The notes: generated by a model from the sequence alone, not told the origin. A stretch of 64,000 nt of DNA from Pseudomonadales bacterium (GCA_020632235.1 JACKFY010000001.1:29602-93601), one strand, 5' to 3'; shown: positions 17,824-28,815, counted from the stretch's first letter. Numbers and translations are program-made.

Positions 17824-19891
17824 CACATCTTCCCAAGCAGGCTCGTCAGTGATAGAGGTGTTGGTGGCTATGGCGCTTTTCCTACTCATTGTGCCGGCTA
17901 TTATTTTTGGCTTGATCACCAGCCGAGATGGTCAGCCCCAGTCTGAAAATAGATTTGAGGCAACGCTACTTCTGCGCGAGAGTGTTGAGGCAACTAGGGT
18001 CATGCGGGAGGGCGGGTGGAGCACATTTGCTCAAAATGGCGAGTTTCATCCTGTTGTATCAGGTAGTGTTTGGTCGCTGCAGCCAGGTAGTGAGTTAGTT
18101 GGCAACTTTACGCGAACGATTACCATTAGTGATGTGCGCCGCGATGCTGCTGGTAACATTGTTGACGCAGGTGGCGAGCTTGATCCGTCTACCAAAAAAG
18201 TAGTATCTCGTGTTTCGTGGATCCAACCAAGAGAGAGTCAGGTATCCGCCACACTCTACGTGACTCGTTTTTTAGGTAACACAGTCCAAGTAGACTCGCA
18301 GGTCGCTGAGTTTAATCAGGGTGAGTATGATCAAACGGTGGTGACTAGTGAGGCAGGTGGAGCGGTGACGCTGGAGCCGAATACCAAGGGGCAGTGGTGT
18401 GCGCCCAGTTTGTCGCAGACAACGTTTGACATACCTATAAATAACCCAGCCAAAACAATCTGGGCAACCGAGGGTCACGTCTATGTGGGCGCGGGCAACA
18501 ACACCAATAGTACCACCGACTCATACGCGCATATGTTGGTGACGGGCGGTGACCCTCCCAGCTCATCTCTGCACGGAAAACTACGCGGATACCAGACAAA
18601 TGATGTCTTTGGCGAGGGAAACTGGGGCTACATCGCGACCACCAATGATGACAAAGAAGTGGTTATCATTAACCACAATCAGTACAGCGACCCAGGTCAG
18701 CAGGTGTATCAGGAGGCTGGCTACTTTAACACAGGGTATCGGTTTTGGCTTTGGAACGTAAACGATACAAATGACGCCCAAGCGTTATTTACGATGGGAA
18801 ACAGGGGGTATGTTGCAGCTAATAACTATATCTATGTATTTGATCTTTCCAGCAAGTCTGGCTCTCGGCCGCAAATTGGCAGCAGAATAAACTTTGCCAA
18901 TAGTGGTGATACCGCTGGGCAGATTTACGGCAGGGTGGTGGGAGGGGAGACGTTCCTCTTCATTGCCGTGCAGGGCAGCACGCCAGAAGAGCTCAAGATT
19001 CTCAATGTGACAAACCCCAATAACTCAAGCCAGTGGCGAGTGGTGGGTGACATTAATATTGAGCCAAACGGCTGTAGCTCACTTGAATCAGGCAAGGCAG
19101 TCTATGTTAACCCAGCAGGAACCAGAGCATTTATTTCATCCACCAACGACTCTATTTTTAAAGAGTTTGTGACGGTCAACACAGCCAACAAGTCTGCTCC
19201 ATCAGTAGTGGGCGGCACGATGAGTTACCCGGTGTGTAATGATGGCGGTGGATACGAATCTGGCGGGATGGATCCAGAGCAGTCGGTGGTGGTGGGGACA
19301 CTAGAAAACAGGGCGATCTTGGTAGGAGTAGATGCTCCAGGCGGTCCAAACTCTGAGGAATACCAAGTGCTTGACCTTACAAACGAGGCGCATCCGCAGT
19401 ACTGTGGCGGTCTGCATGTAGATGCCGGCATTCGCGGCATCTCTTCGGTTAAAGAGGCGGATGGCGATGCTTATTCATACATTATTACCAACGACCAAGC
19501 GCAAGACTTGCAGATTATCCAAGGTGGTCCAGACGGCAACTACCTGGAATCTGGCACCTATACTTCTGGCATTTTTGATGCGGGGGTAGAGTCGGCGTTT
19601 TATGCGCTCCAGGCGTCTCCAGAATTACCGGTCAATACAACCCTGCAGTTTCAAGTAGCATTGGCAGATCCAGTCGCAGGCAGCTGTCAAAATGCAGTCT
19701 ATGAGTTTGTTGGTCCAGATAAAACGAGCACCACCTATTTTTCTGCTACAGGTGGATCTCTACCTACCGATACTGATGGGGTGGGGTATGAAAATCCTGC
19801 TCGCTGCGCTCGCTATAAAGCATACTTGACTAGCAGTAACTACTCAGCAACACCAAAGATCTTTGACGTTACTATGACCTACGCACCATGA
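17813..19891 (+). CDS. large pilin-like protein (putative minor pilin / tip-associated adhesin)
   Basis: N-terminal pilin-like hydrophobic helix SVIEVLVAMALFLL followed by about 650 aa rich in Gly, Asn and Thr. Confidence 0.55.
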   Translation: MLSSTSSQAGSSVIEVLVAMALFLLIVPAIIFGLITSRDGQPQSENRFEATLLLRESVEATRVMREGGWSTFAQNGEFHPVVSGSVWSLQPGSELVGNFTRTITISDVRRDAAGNIVDAGGELDPSTKKVVSRVSWIQPRESQVSATLYVTRFLGNTVQVDSQVAEFNQGEYDQTVVTSEAGGAVTLEPNTKGQWCAPSLSQTTFDIPINNPAKTIWATEGHVYVGAGNNTNSTTDSYAHMLVTGGDPPSSSLHGKLRGYQTNDVFGEGNWGYIATTNDDKEVVIINHNQYSDPGQQVYQEAGYFNTGYRFWLWNVNDTNDAQALFTMGNRGYVAANNYIYVFDLSSKSGSRPQIGSRINFANSGDTAGQIYGRVVGGETFLFIAVQGSTPEELKILNVTNPNNSSQWRVVGDINIEPNGCSSLESGKAVYVNPAGTRAFISSTNDSIFKEFVTVNTANKSAPSVVGGTMSYPVCNDGGGYESGGMDPEQSVVVGTLENRAILVGVDAPGGPNSEEYQVLDLTNEAHPQYCGGLHVDAGIRGISSVKEADGDAYSYIITNDQAQDLQIIQGGPDGNYLESGTYTSGIFDAGVESAFYALQASPELPVNTTLQFQVALADPVAGSCQNAVYEFVGPDKTSTTYFSATGGSLPTDTDGVGYENPARCARYKAYLTSSNYSATPKIFDVTMTYAP

Positions 19892-20391
19892 AGTACAAAC
19901 CAACACTACGCATCAACAAAGGGTTTACACTTGTAGAGCTCCTCATCTACATGGGGCTGAGCATGTTGTTTTTGGTGGTGACCTCAGCACTCCTTGTGAC
20001 AGCCCTTGAGCACAAACTAGCAGCAGAGTCATTTAACAGTCTCGAGCAAGAATCGCAGTTTATCGCCTTGCGTCTAGCCTATGATATTGAGGAGTCTACT
20101 AGCATCACCACACCATCTGCCCTAGGTGTTCCTGACACCAACATGGTGTTAGTGACAGACGGCGTGCCTTCTAGTGTCTCTAGTATTGATGGAGTACTCG
20201 TCTTTCAGAGACTTGGCCAGGCATACCCACTTCACTCTTCAGATGTCGTTACCGATTCATTTCAAATTGTCCGTTTAGGTTATCCGGGGGGAAATAATAC
20301 CTTAACGATAGATCTCTCACTTCGCAGCGCTATTCAAGAAAATGCTGGACAGCGGACAAAACACGTACATTTTACAGTAGGAGAGCGATGA
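19888..20391 (+). CDS. prepilin-type pseudopilin / minor pilin
   Basis: KGFTLVELLIYMGLSML prepilin N-terminus. Confidence 0.75.
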   Translation: MKYKPTLRINKGFTLVELLIYMGLSMLFLVVTSALLVTALEHKLAAESFNSLEQESQFIALRLAYDIEESTSITTPSALGVPDTNMVLVTDGVPSSVSSIDGVLVFQRLGQAYPLHSSDVVTDSFQIVRLGYPGGNNTLTIDLSLRSAIQENAGQRTKHVHFTVGER

Positions 20392-20762
20392 ACACGCAAC
20401 GTGGTAGTGCTCTGGTTATGCTGTTAGTGATCACTAGTGTTTGCATGATTGTTATTGTTACCACTTTGAGCATGATGCTGATCACAACAGAAAATTCTTA
20501 CCGAATTTCCAGACAGCGCGAGGCCCAGATGGTGGCGGAGAGTGGCATTGAGAATGCGCTTGTTACACTACTAAGAAACCCAGAGTACACGGGTGAAATA
20601 TTGACGATAGACAGTGGAACTGCCACAATTACCGTGATAGAAGATGGGGGAGTAGCTACTATTACTTCGGTGGGAGTGGTGGACACACTGCAGTCGCGCA
20701 TTGTGGTAGAGGCCGACACCAGCTCGGGTGCAGTACAGGTTATCTCTTGGCAAGAACAATGA
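20388..20762 (+). CDS. PilX-like minor pilin
   Basis: MNTQRGSALVMLLVITSV N-terminus typical of the PilX/GspK-like pseudopilins. Confidence 0.55.
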   Translation: MNTQRGSALVMLLVITSVCMIVIVTTLSMMLITTENSYRISRQREAQMVAESGIENALVTLLRNPEYTGEILTIDSGTATITVIEDGGVATITSVGVVDTLQSRIVVEADTSSGAVQVISWQEQ

Positions 20763-21901
20763 TAAAAATCAGAAAAAAAAATCCATTCACTGTTTTGTAT
20801 ATAGAGCGAAACAAGTGGCAGTTGTTTAAAGCTGGGCAGTCAGAACCCATTGTCATTGCCATACCAGAAGATATTTCAAAAGATTTGCAGATACAGTCAA
20901 AAGCAACACTTGAAAAAGTGTGGGCAGCTGCCACCAAACAACACAAGCTGACCCCGGCTCCAGTAGTGATTGTCCTCTCAGAAGATGTCTTGTTTTCCCA
21001 GGCTTTTTCCCAGGTAGTAGAGCCAAATGCAAAAGAGGTGCTTGATTTTTGTAGCTATGTGCCGTTTGAAGATCTGCACACCATTGTTATACCCAGGCAC
21101 ACAGAAAGCACGGTATTTGTTGTGCCCGTGCACTTCCTTCAGCCCATTCTTGAATTACTGAGAAATCATGGCTACCGATTAGTAGGTGTGCTGCCAGAGT
21201 CTTTGACAGGACTTGATTTTTCAGGCCACGACCATAACACAGTGGTAGAGCACGTCAACAGCATGAAGGATGAGCTAACTACGTTTAACCTTGTGCCAGA
21301 AATAAGCGCTCGTGATATTGATGAAGATTCGTTTTATTCATTCAAGATGTCGCCCAAGATTTGGGGGATGATTGTGTTTTTTTTGGCACTCGTTGCTATT
21401 TTGTTTGCTCTTATTATCTGGCAAAAAAATGAAAATGAAAAAGCAGGTATTGGGGTTGATCCTTCACCCACGCCGGTTGCTCAAACAAGCACTCCCGCTC
21501 CTCCAACGCCTCCAAGTGACCTAACGCAAGCCTCTCCGATAGTTCAGGCCACACCCAGTGCTACGCTTGGCACCATTCAGGTGCAAAATATAGATGCTAG
21601 TCAAGCTACCCACACTCAATTAGTCACCGCGCTTGAACAAGCAGGCTACCGTATTCAACGGGTAGCAGTCACTACCCCGGTTGATCAAGCCACCCTGATT
21701 GTCTCGACCAGCATTCCAGAAGAGGAGGTGGACGAACTCATTGCTTTGATTACGAAAGATCTTTCTGAAACTCCAGAGCTCGAATTGTCCCGTAGTGTGC
21801 CAGAAGGCAGCATTATTTTGCAGCTTACTACCTCTGACGCACAAGAAACAAGCCCTGAAGGCGAAGAAGTCACGCCGGCAGACGAGTCTCCTGCGCCATA
21901 G
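20747..21901 (+). CDS. pilus assembly protein, PilM/PilN-like with a TM helix and Pro/Thr-rich linker
   Basis: Cytoplasmic N-domain, TM (IWGMIVFFLALVAILFALII), PT-rich linker and a periplasmic C-domain. Assigned by position in the pilus cluster. Confidence 0.4.
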   Translation: MARTMIKIRKKNPFTVLYIERNKWQLFKAGQSEPIVIAIPEDISKDLQIQSKATLEKVWAAATKQHKLTPAPVVIVLSEDVLFSQAFSQVVEPNAKEVLDFCSYVPFEDLHTIVIPRHTESTVFVVPVHFLQPILELLRNHGYRLVGVLPESLTGLDFSGHDHNTVVEHVNSMKDELTTFNLVPEISARDIDEDSFYSFKMSPKIWGMIVFFLALVAILFALIIWQKNENEKAGIGVDPSPTPVAQTSTPAPPTPPSDLTQASPIVQATPSATLGTIQVQNIDASQATHTQLVTALEQAGYRIQRVAVTTPVDQATLIVSTSIPEEEVDELIALITKDLSETPELELSRSVPEGSIILQLTTSDAQETSPEGEEVTPADESPAP

Positions 21902-22005
21902 TTTGCGTACCTTACTCAAGACCAAAAAACTCCTGCTTGACAGCTCGTTTCTTCTTTGCGTAGTATGGATGGTAGTAGTATTTAGGATAATAAAGAAAAC
22001 GACCT

Positions 22006-22494
22006 ATGCACATTCCTGCTCGTCTTAAAACCGCTCAAAGAGGTTTCACCCTCATCGAGCTTTTGGTAGTAATTGGTATCTTGGCAGTCTTGCTGGCTAT
22101 CGTGTTGGTAGCTATCAACCCCGCTAGACAGTTTGCCCAGGCAAACAATACCAAGAGAAGTAGCGATGTGAACGCAATGTTGAATGCAGTAAACCAATAT
22201 ATGGCAGACAACCGTGGTACCCCACCAACTGGTGTGCCAGCATCTGGTTCTGCTGATATCAGCTCGGCCGCACTTGCTGGAGATTCTCAGGCGTTTTGCG
22301 AAGCACTCGTCACCGAGTATTTAGCTGCGCTTCCTGTCGATCCACAGACCAATAATGGTGATCCAGTAGAAGAGGTAGACTGCTCTGGCACTTGGGATAC
22401 TGGCTATGAGATGAGCCGAAGTGCGACCGATAACCGCATTACGGTGAGTGCTCCAGGCGCAGAGCTGGGTGCGACTATTACGGTCACTCGCTAA
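22006..22494 (+). CDS. pilA: type IV major pilin
   Basis: QRGFTLIELLVVIGILAVLLAIVL prepilin leader plus N-terminal helix. Confidence 0.85.
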   Translation: MHIPARLKTAQRGFTLIELLVVIGILAVLLAIVLVAINPARQFAQANNTKRSSDVNAMLNAVNQYMADNRGTPPTGVPASGSADISSAALAGDSQAFCEALVTEYLAALPVDPQTNNGDPVEEVDCSGTWDTGYEMSRSATDNRITVSAPGAELGATITVTR

Positions 22495-22508
22495 GAGAGA
22501 CTAAACAA

Positions 22509-22565
22509 CCCCTCACCTTGTTTTCTGGTCCAGTCGGCCGGGACCACAAGGTGAGGGGTTTTTAC
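22509..22565. terminator. bidirectional rho-independent terminator between pilA and the convergent transglycosylase gene
   Basis: 12-bp stem cccctcaccttg/caaggtgagggg with a nested inner stem (tggtcc/ggacca), then ttttt. Confidence 0.6.
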
Positions 22566-23326
22566 TAACTTCCACACACAGGCCAGGCGCCACGCCCACC
22601 ATGGGCGATCTTCCAGGCAGTGGTGCGAATTGCTTCTTCGGCATTAAAGCGTAGCTCTGGGTTGGGGTCGAGCCCCATTTGATTTCGTGTTGCACTCCAA
22701 GTACTAGCCAGGTATTGATACATGCCGCCATACTTGCCGTTGGCCGATGTTACCCCAGCGCGAAAGCCCGATTCACACCGAGCGATGTTCTTGAGGTCTT
22801 CCCAACTGACACCATGCTCAGCTCCGTATTTTTGAAACAGGGCGTCAAGCTCATGCGGTGGCAGCTGCGCCACTACAGGCTTTGGTGTTGGCGTAGGTGT
22901 AGGTGTTGCGACTGGCTGGGGGGTAGGTGTAGGGGATGGACTGACCTCTCCTTCGTTATTTCGATCCGCCATGTCGACCCCCGACGTGTCGGGGTTGGAG
23001 ACATCTAAACCCTTCGACTGAGGAGTCACACTCTGCGGAAATGGCGTCTCCAAGGGCGTGGTGAGTGCTGTCACGCTACCCACTGCAGCGGGTACCACTG
23101 GTTTTTGTACCACCACCTCGGCGTACTGCGGGTAGAAGTACTCCACTGTACTTTTGTGGGCTATCTGCAGGGTATTGACACTTGTCACAGCAAACAGCTG
23201 CTGGCGAATAGCCTGGACAGGCAGGGTTACCTGCTTGCTTTGTTGGCCAACAGAGCCAGACCATGCATAGCTAGTACTTGCAAAAAAGAGTGCCGCAAGG
23301 GCAAAAAGAAGGTTTCTTGGCATAGG
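22565..23326 (-). CDS. secreted transglycosylase-like (Rpf/lytic transglycosylase family) protein with a Pro/Thr linker
   Basis: Signal peptide MPRNLLFALAALFFAST, PTPTPQPVATPTPTPTPKP linker and the CESGF...YGGMYQY...AWPVCG transglycosylase-like domain. Confidence 0.7.
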   Translation of the reverse strand, partial: PMPRNLLFALAALFFASTSYAWSGSVGQQSKQVTLPVQAIRQQLFAVTSVNTLQIAHKSTVEYFYPQYAEVVVQKPVVPAAVGSVTALTTPLETPFPQSVTPQSKGLDVSNPDTSGVDMADRNNEGEVSPSPTPTPQPVATPTPTPTPKPVVAQLPPHELDALFQKYGAEHGVSWEDLKNIARCESGFRAGVTSANGKYGGMYQYLASTWSATRNQMGLDPNPELRFNAEEAIRTTAWKIAHGGRGAWPVCGS

Positions 23327-23463
23327 CAAAGAATATGTTGATAATGGGGGACACAGCAAGAGTGTAGGGCGTTCATACGCTCGCCCATGTTTAGTTATGC
23401 TGTGTGTATGTAGCCCCTAGTATAGCAAAGAAAAAGCCTTTTGTCAATAGTTATGGGATTTAT

Positions 23464-23826
23464 TTACAAGATAACTAAGTCTCCTGTTTTCGGCAGTTTT
23501 TCTTGTGTCAAAATTCCTAGTTCATGAAGGAAAGCACCAATGGATATAGAAGTAATAGTATCTAATTGTGCAAGAGCTTCATCATCATTTAGACTTCCCT
23601 CATAACAGTCATGTACTTGCTCTTGTTGCTCCTTGATTGCATCGATGATTTTTTGGATCTCTTGATCGACAACTGTGAGGTAAATGCACCAATAGCCTTC
23701 ATCATAGCCTTCATCAGCGATGAGCTCATCTACCCCCCCCCAGTATGCCCGCGAGCTGTTTTATGGTTGCTTCAGTTTCATTGTAATTCCCAGCTAATAC
23801 ATGAAGTTCGTATTCTTTTGCCATTT
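23464..23826 (-). CDS. small acidic protein interrupted by a C9 homopolymer (23734-23742)
   Basis: MAKEYELHVLAGNYNETEATIKQLAGILGG ends at a stop after the G9 run (minus-strand view). With G8 the frame continues for about 90 aa (DELIADEGYDEGYW...). Confidence 0.4.
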
Positions 23827-23847
23827 TTTCCTTTGGTTTACAACTAG

Positions 23848-24330
23848 CTATGAGTCTTGAGCGTAGACAGTTTTATCTGGTTCTAGGAGAACAAAGATCT
23901 CTGTATATATCCAGCCACCTTCTTTTCTTGCAATAGTGGCAATCTTTTGGCGTAAGTCATCATTACAGTCACACAAATCACTAAGTTTAACGAGATAATG
24001 ACCTTGCACATCTTGTTTTGCTCGTATGCGTGCGCCAGCCGGAATAGTTAGTGCTCGATGAGGGGAAAGGCGGCTCTGTTGGGGTAGGGCATCTGCAAGA
24101 GCTTGTTTTACTTGGTTAATTATGTTTGGAGCATACTCAGTGCTATAACGAAGGCAGTCGTCATGAGACGCATTTATAAAGTACGTTCCTTTAGGTACAT
24201 CTACTTCGCCAGATATGCGGTCTTTCAATTTTTGAAGAGCATCAGTGGTACGATTTTTCACCCTTTGCCACATGGATGAAGTAGCTGTAGTTGACTCAGT
24301 TGGGTTTTTAGTTTCTGCGCTTCCTGGCAT
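23848..24330 (-). CDS. hypothetical protein (probably co-transcribed with the downstream small acidic gene)
   Basis: 160-aa ORF, 21 bp upstream of the next minus-strand start. Confidence 0.45.
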   Translation of the reverse strand: MPGSAETKNPTESTTATSSMWQRVKNRTTDALQKLKDRISGEVDVPKGTYFINASHDDCLRYSTEYAPNIINQVKQALADALPQQSRLSPHRALTIPAGARIRAKQDVQGHYLVKLSDLCDCNDDLRQKIATIARKEGGWIYTEIFVLLEPDKTVYAQDS

Positions 24331-24481
24331 ATAGTCATCTTTCTTTGTTAAGCATTCTAGATTCTCAATACTATCATTCCCACACCCTATATTCTACCTT
24401 TTACTATATCAAAAAACATCAAAAAGTCAAGTAGATGAGCACTTTTTAGTATGAGATTGGTGTAGTATACAATGCGGTAGT

Positions 24482-25035
24482 ATGAAACCAAAACTCTGTT
24501 CTACCGCAGCAATACACGTGTGCATCAAGACAGTATTTTGTTGGTGCATCATAAAGAAATCAGGTTTCATGGCTGCCGCCAGGTGGGCATATTGAGAAAG
24601 ACGAGCTACCCACCAGGCAGCTGTGCGTGAGTGCCAAGAAGAAACAGGCGTACTAGCAGAGATTGTCTTGCCCCTTGGGTCGTTTAAAGCAACCAGTAGA
24701 GTCACACAACCTGCCTGTACCGTTTAACTGCAACCTCCACTGGATATCACAGCAGAACTATAATGCTCGGCGTAAAGGTAGCGCAGGCGATGCTGTCTGG
24801 AGTAGAGGCTGCGAGCAGCACCTTTCGTTTGTGTTTCTTGGGGTGTGTGGCACAGATAGGGTACAGCCAAATCTCGATGAAGTGGTGGAGGCGCGTTTCG
24901 TATCACTGGAAGAAGTACCCGTTGGTTCGCAGGGATGATCTTGGTAGCGAGATTGTGAAAGGCAAAGAGCTACTGAGAATCCTCGTCTCAAGAGGAGTCT
25001 CGGCAGTGGTATACTCTAGTGGCTATGTCACTTGA
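24482..25035 (+). pseudogene. NUDIX hydrolase, frameshifted
   Basis: The NUDIX box PGGHIEKDE-LPTQAAVRECQEETGV is recoverable only by joining two frames. Confidence 0.45.
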
Positions 25036-25749
25036 TTTTAAACACGTCTCTGTTTCGCTTGGAAAAAAAGATATTATCTGACGTCTCGTTCTCGGTGCAG
25101 CCCGGCACGGTGCACGCACTGATGGGGCCAAATGGCGCAGGCAAATCAACGCTCGCGTTGGCTGCAGCAGGCCATCCTGACTATGTTTTGGGCAAGAAAA
25201 GCTCGATACTGCTTGATGGCACAGAGCTGGCAGACCTCTCGCCAGATGAGCGCTCACAAAACGGGCTTTTTTGGCTTTTCAGTATCCTGTCGAGGTGCCA
25301 GGAGTCAAAGTACAGAGTTTTCTCAGACAGGCCTACAATGCCCGTTTTGCTGACAATCCAGAAAAGCTGTTTGACAAAGTGATTCAGTTTCGTGATCATC
25401 TCTACAGTCTCGCAGAAGAGCTATCGGTGAGCACCGATTTGTTGACTCGGGGCTTGAACGAAGGCTTTAGTGGTGGTGAAAAAGCGGCTAGGTGCTGCAG
25501 ATGGCATTGTTGGAGCCGCGCTACGCTATTTTGGACGAGACAGACTCGGGGCTTGATATCGATGCTATCAAGGCAGTGGCTGGTGGTATCTCGACCGTTC
25601 AAAAAAGCACAACACAGGCATCATTATCATCACGCATTACCAGCGCATTCTCGACTACGTCAGCCAGATGTGGTGCATGTTTTGAAAATGGTGCGTTGGT
25701 GGAAACCGGTGGGCGCGAGATTGTCGAGCGGCTAGAGGGAGGAGTATGA
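25025..25749 (+). pseudogene. sufC: sufC (Fe-S assembly ATPase) with at least four frameshifts
   Basis: MSLDFKHVSVSLGKKDI (shift at A7 25063-25069), ...GTVHALMGPNGAGKSTL..., LAFQYPVEVPGV, FSGGEKA, LQMALLEPRYAILDETDSGLDIDAIKAV and PDVVHVL are all SufC-like. They lie in different frames. Confidence 0.7.
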
Positions 25750-26233
25750 AGGGTGAGGACAGCATGTCAGTCTCACAAAGAATTGTAAGCTCCTGCAAAG
25801 GCAGCTTTGTTTCACACAGAAAGGTGCTACTCCTGCGTCGCTCGAATAATGAAAAAAGCAGGCCAGGTTGTTTGGATTTGCCAGGCGGCAATAGCGAGTG
25901 GCCAGAAGATGCAACTGCTAACTTGAGAAACATGCATCTGGCGACATCGTCCGAGAGATACAAGAAGAAACAGGTCTTGTGTTTGATAGAGTTATTCACC
26001 TTGGACAAGATTTCACTTTTGTTTACGTTTTTGAAGTAGAACAACAGCAGTACTCCATTGTCCTTGGCTGGCGGCTGGAGCTTGACACCACAAACAACAA
26101 GCATAGCGATCAGTCACGAGCACACCGAGTATGCCTGCGTTAGTCCGCAAGATTTAGACAAGTATGACTTTGGAGGTGAGCGAGGAACTGGCTAAAAAAG
26201 TGGTGCGAGATGAGCTTACTCAAATGGATTGAT
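25746..26233 (+). pseudogene. second NUDIX hydrolase, frameshifted
   Basis: VLLLRRSNNEK...LDLPGGNSEWPED then, in another frame, RDIQEETGLVFDRVIHLG. Confidence 0.4.
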
Positions 26234-26628
26234 GATGGTGAGCTCTTCAAACATCTGGAAGTCTCGCACGTTGTCTGTGGCGATAGTGGTGATGTTGTGG
26301 GAAAGGGCAGTGGCCGCCAGATAGGTGTCAAACACCTTTTTCCGTATCTGTTATAGTTTTTGACTAGTTGGATAAAAAGCTCTGCAGTTTGGGGTTGTGG
26401 TGTAATGAAGGATAGGTGCTCTGTTAACAAGTATGCTTTCAAGGCTGTGGTTATGCATATCTGCAGGTTGGTGCTGGTGAGCACTTTGAGGGTCTCAGTG
26501 ATATTTTGGTGAGTAACACAAAATGTAATCACTTTGCTTTTGAATGAACTCCTGTGCTTTTTTTGCTTTGGTGCGCCAACAGTTAAGCTTATAAATAAGG
26601 ACGTTTGAATCAAGCAAAATTCTAGTCA
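26217..26628 (-). pseudogene. vapC: PIN-domain toxin VapC, frameshifted
   Basis: MTRILLDSNVLIY at the N-terminus. LAATALSHNITTIATDNVRDFQMFEELTIINPFE is recoverable in a second frame. Confidence 0.5.
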
Positions 26629-26692
26629 TAGATATCATCACGAGTAAGATTATCAACGGAAGTGCCTGTGTAAACAGGATGGAATACAATAT

Positions 26693-26848
26693 TTTTTTGT
26701 TTATTAGCAGGGTTTGTGAAAGGTGCTTTTCAGCGCCTCATTGAAAATATCTTGTAGTGTTTTACCCTCTGTTGCCGATAAAATATCAGCCTGCTTTTTT
26801 CAGTACGGGGTCGAGTCTCACCGTTGTACGCACTAGGTTTTGTGGCAT
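26693..26848 (-). pseudogene. vapB: RHH-type antitoxin (VapB-like) with a frameshift at the T6 tract 26795-26800
   Basis: MPQNLVRTTVRLDPVLKK | QADILSATEGKTLQDIFNEALKS has the ribbon-helix-helix pattern, upstream of vapC. Confidence 0.4.
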
Positions 26849-26878
26849 AGTACGTCATTTTGACAGCAAGACAGCAAT

Positions 26879-28330
26879 ATGTCAAGTTGGGATTTTGCGC
26901 ATAGTTGGGTATACTACACATCCAGATGTCACGATTTGCAGCCAAACACACCTCTAATGATGATCTTGCTGGAACCAGGGAGTACGAACATGGTTATTCG
27001 TATAGCACGAGTGGGTACGCCCACATCTCAAAAGCCAGGCCACTCCGCCCGCGTGGTGTCTGAAATTTCGCATATAAAGCAAGAACCGGCATGGATGGAA
27101 GAAAAGCGTCTGGCGGCCTACGATCGCTTTACTGGCATGCAGCTTCCTGGTTGGGGAGCCGATCTTTCTGATATCGACTTTGATCGCATTCATTACTATC
27201 TTAAACCCACTGATGAACAAGCTAACTCTTGGGACGACGTACCAACCGAGGTCAAGGAAACCTTTGAAAAACTAGGCATTCCTGAGGCCGAGCGGAGTGT
27301 CCTGGCTGGAGTGAAAGCCCAGTATGATAGTGAGGTAGTGTATGGCTCCTTGCAAAAAACCTAGCAGACCAAGGGGTCGTCTTTCTCTCGATGGACGAAG
27401 GCTTGCGACAATACCCGAGCTGGTCAAGAGTACTTTGGCACGCTCATTCCTGCTGGTGACAACATGTTTGCTGCCCTCAATACTGCCGTCTGGTCTGGCG
27501 GTCGTTTGTGTATGTACCTCCCAATACGCAAGTAACCCAGCCGCTCCAGGCTTACTTTCGTATCAATGCTGAAACGCAGGGCAGTTTGAGCGTACTCTGA
27601 TTATTGTAGATGAAGGAGCACGTGCATTATATTGAGGGATGTACCGCGCCAAATTTTAGTTCTGGCTCGCTACATTCTGCCGTGGTTGAAATTTTTGTCA
27701 AAAAAGGGGCACAATGTCAGTACACAACGGTCCAAAATTGGTACAAGAATGTGTGTACAACTTGGTCACTAAGCGGCCAGTGTTGATGAAGAGCGCAGAT
27801 GATCTGGACAGACTTTAACATGGGCTCCAAGGTAACGATGAAGTACCCTAGTTTTATCTTGAAAGGTAGAGGCGCCAGAGGCGAGACGCTCTCGATGGCG
27901 CTGGCAGGAGCAGGCCAGCACCAGGACACAGGGTCGAAGGCTATTCACCTCGCACCCCACACCTCTTCGAGTATTATCTCAAAATCAATTTCAAAAGATG
28001 GGGAAGAACCAGCTATCGAGGTCTTGTAAATGTGGGACCAACGCCCAAAATGCCCAAAACACGGTCATCTGCGATGCGCTGTTGCTTGATAGTACCTCGC
28101 GCTCTGACACCTATCCAGTAGATAAAATTTTTAACTCACAGGTGGCCATTCAGCACGAGGCAACAGTGTCAAATAGGTGATGACCAGCTGTTTTTATCTG
28201 ATGAGTCGTGAGGTCACCGAGAAACCGCCCGCAAGATGATCGTCAATGGCTTTTAGAAGACTTGGTGCGCAAGCTGCCGTTTGAGTATGCTATCGAGATG
28301 AATAGACTGATTGATCACGAGATGGAAGGA
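26879..28330 (+). pseudogene. sufB: sufB (Fe-S scaffold), heavily frameshifted
   Basis: IKQEPAWMEEKRLAAY..., [147 protein letters not shown] and IGDDQLFL are all SufB-like. They are scattered over three frames. Confidence 0.7.
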
Positions 28331-28366
28331 GTATAGGCTAGATACTTGAAGAAAAGGGAGCTTAAT

Positions 28367-28441
28367 CCCTCTTCTCAAAGAGGGGCACCCTTCACCTGAA
28401 GGGTGAACGGGCAGGCGTTTCTCTCCTCTTTCAAAGAGGAG
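28367..28441. repeat. cluster of hairpin palindromes (ccctcttctcaaagagggg; ttcacc-tgaag-ggtgaa; ctcctctttcaaagaggag)
   Basis: Members of the CCCCTCTT-nnn-AAGAGGGG intergenic palindrome family. Confidence 0.7.
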
Positions 28442-28504
28442 CAGGCTGAAAGCCAGAGGTGTTTTTAGAAAAAAATGTATGTATGAAAACAATACCATAT
28501 AGAA

Positions 28505-28815
28505 AAGATCTAAAGAAAAAGCAAGGAGGTTGTGCAACAACAGCACTCCTTCTGAAATCATTCTTTGGAACCACATAAAACAGAGAAAATTGCAGGTCTT
28601 GATTTCAATAGACAAAACCAGTTGATATTTACATAATTGATTTTTTAATACTGCATACAAACTAGGTATAGAAATTGATGGAAGTATCACAACCACACAG
28701 GACTATGATCTTAAAAGAGAACAACGACTGGCGAGCCTGGGTATTACTCTTTTTAGAACAACAGAAAAAGAAGTTGCTACCAATACGCAAGGAGTACTAC
28801 TGCAACTTACCAAAT
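28505..28815 (+). pseudogene. DUF559 (Vsr-like endonuclease domain) remnant with in-frame stops
   Basis: TPSEIILWNHIKQRKLQ ... KLGIEIDGSITTTQDYDLKREQRLASLGITLFRTTEKEV matches the DUF559 C-terminal pattern. Confidence 0.45.

Noticed and set aside
23611-23847. 78-aa + strand ORF
   Set aside because: The opposite strand encodes a longer, more protein-like ORF, interrupted only by the C9 tract and coupled to the upstream minus-strand gene.
28253-28696. 147-aa minus-strand ORF
   Set aside because: It spans palindromic repeats and the DUF559 remnant. The + strand shows real homology-like signal.
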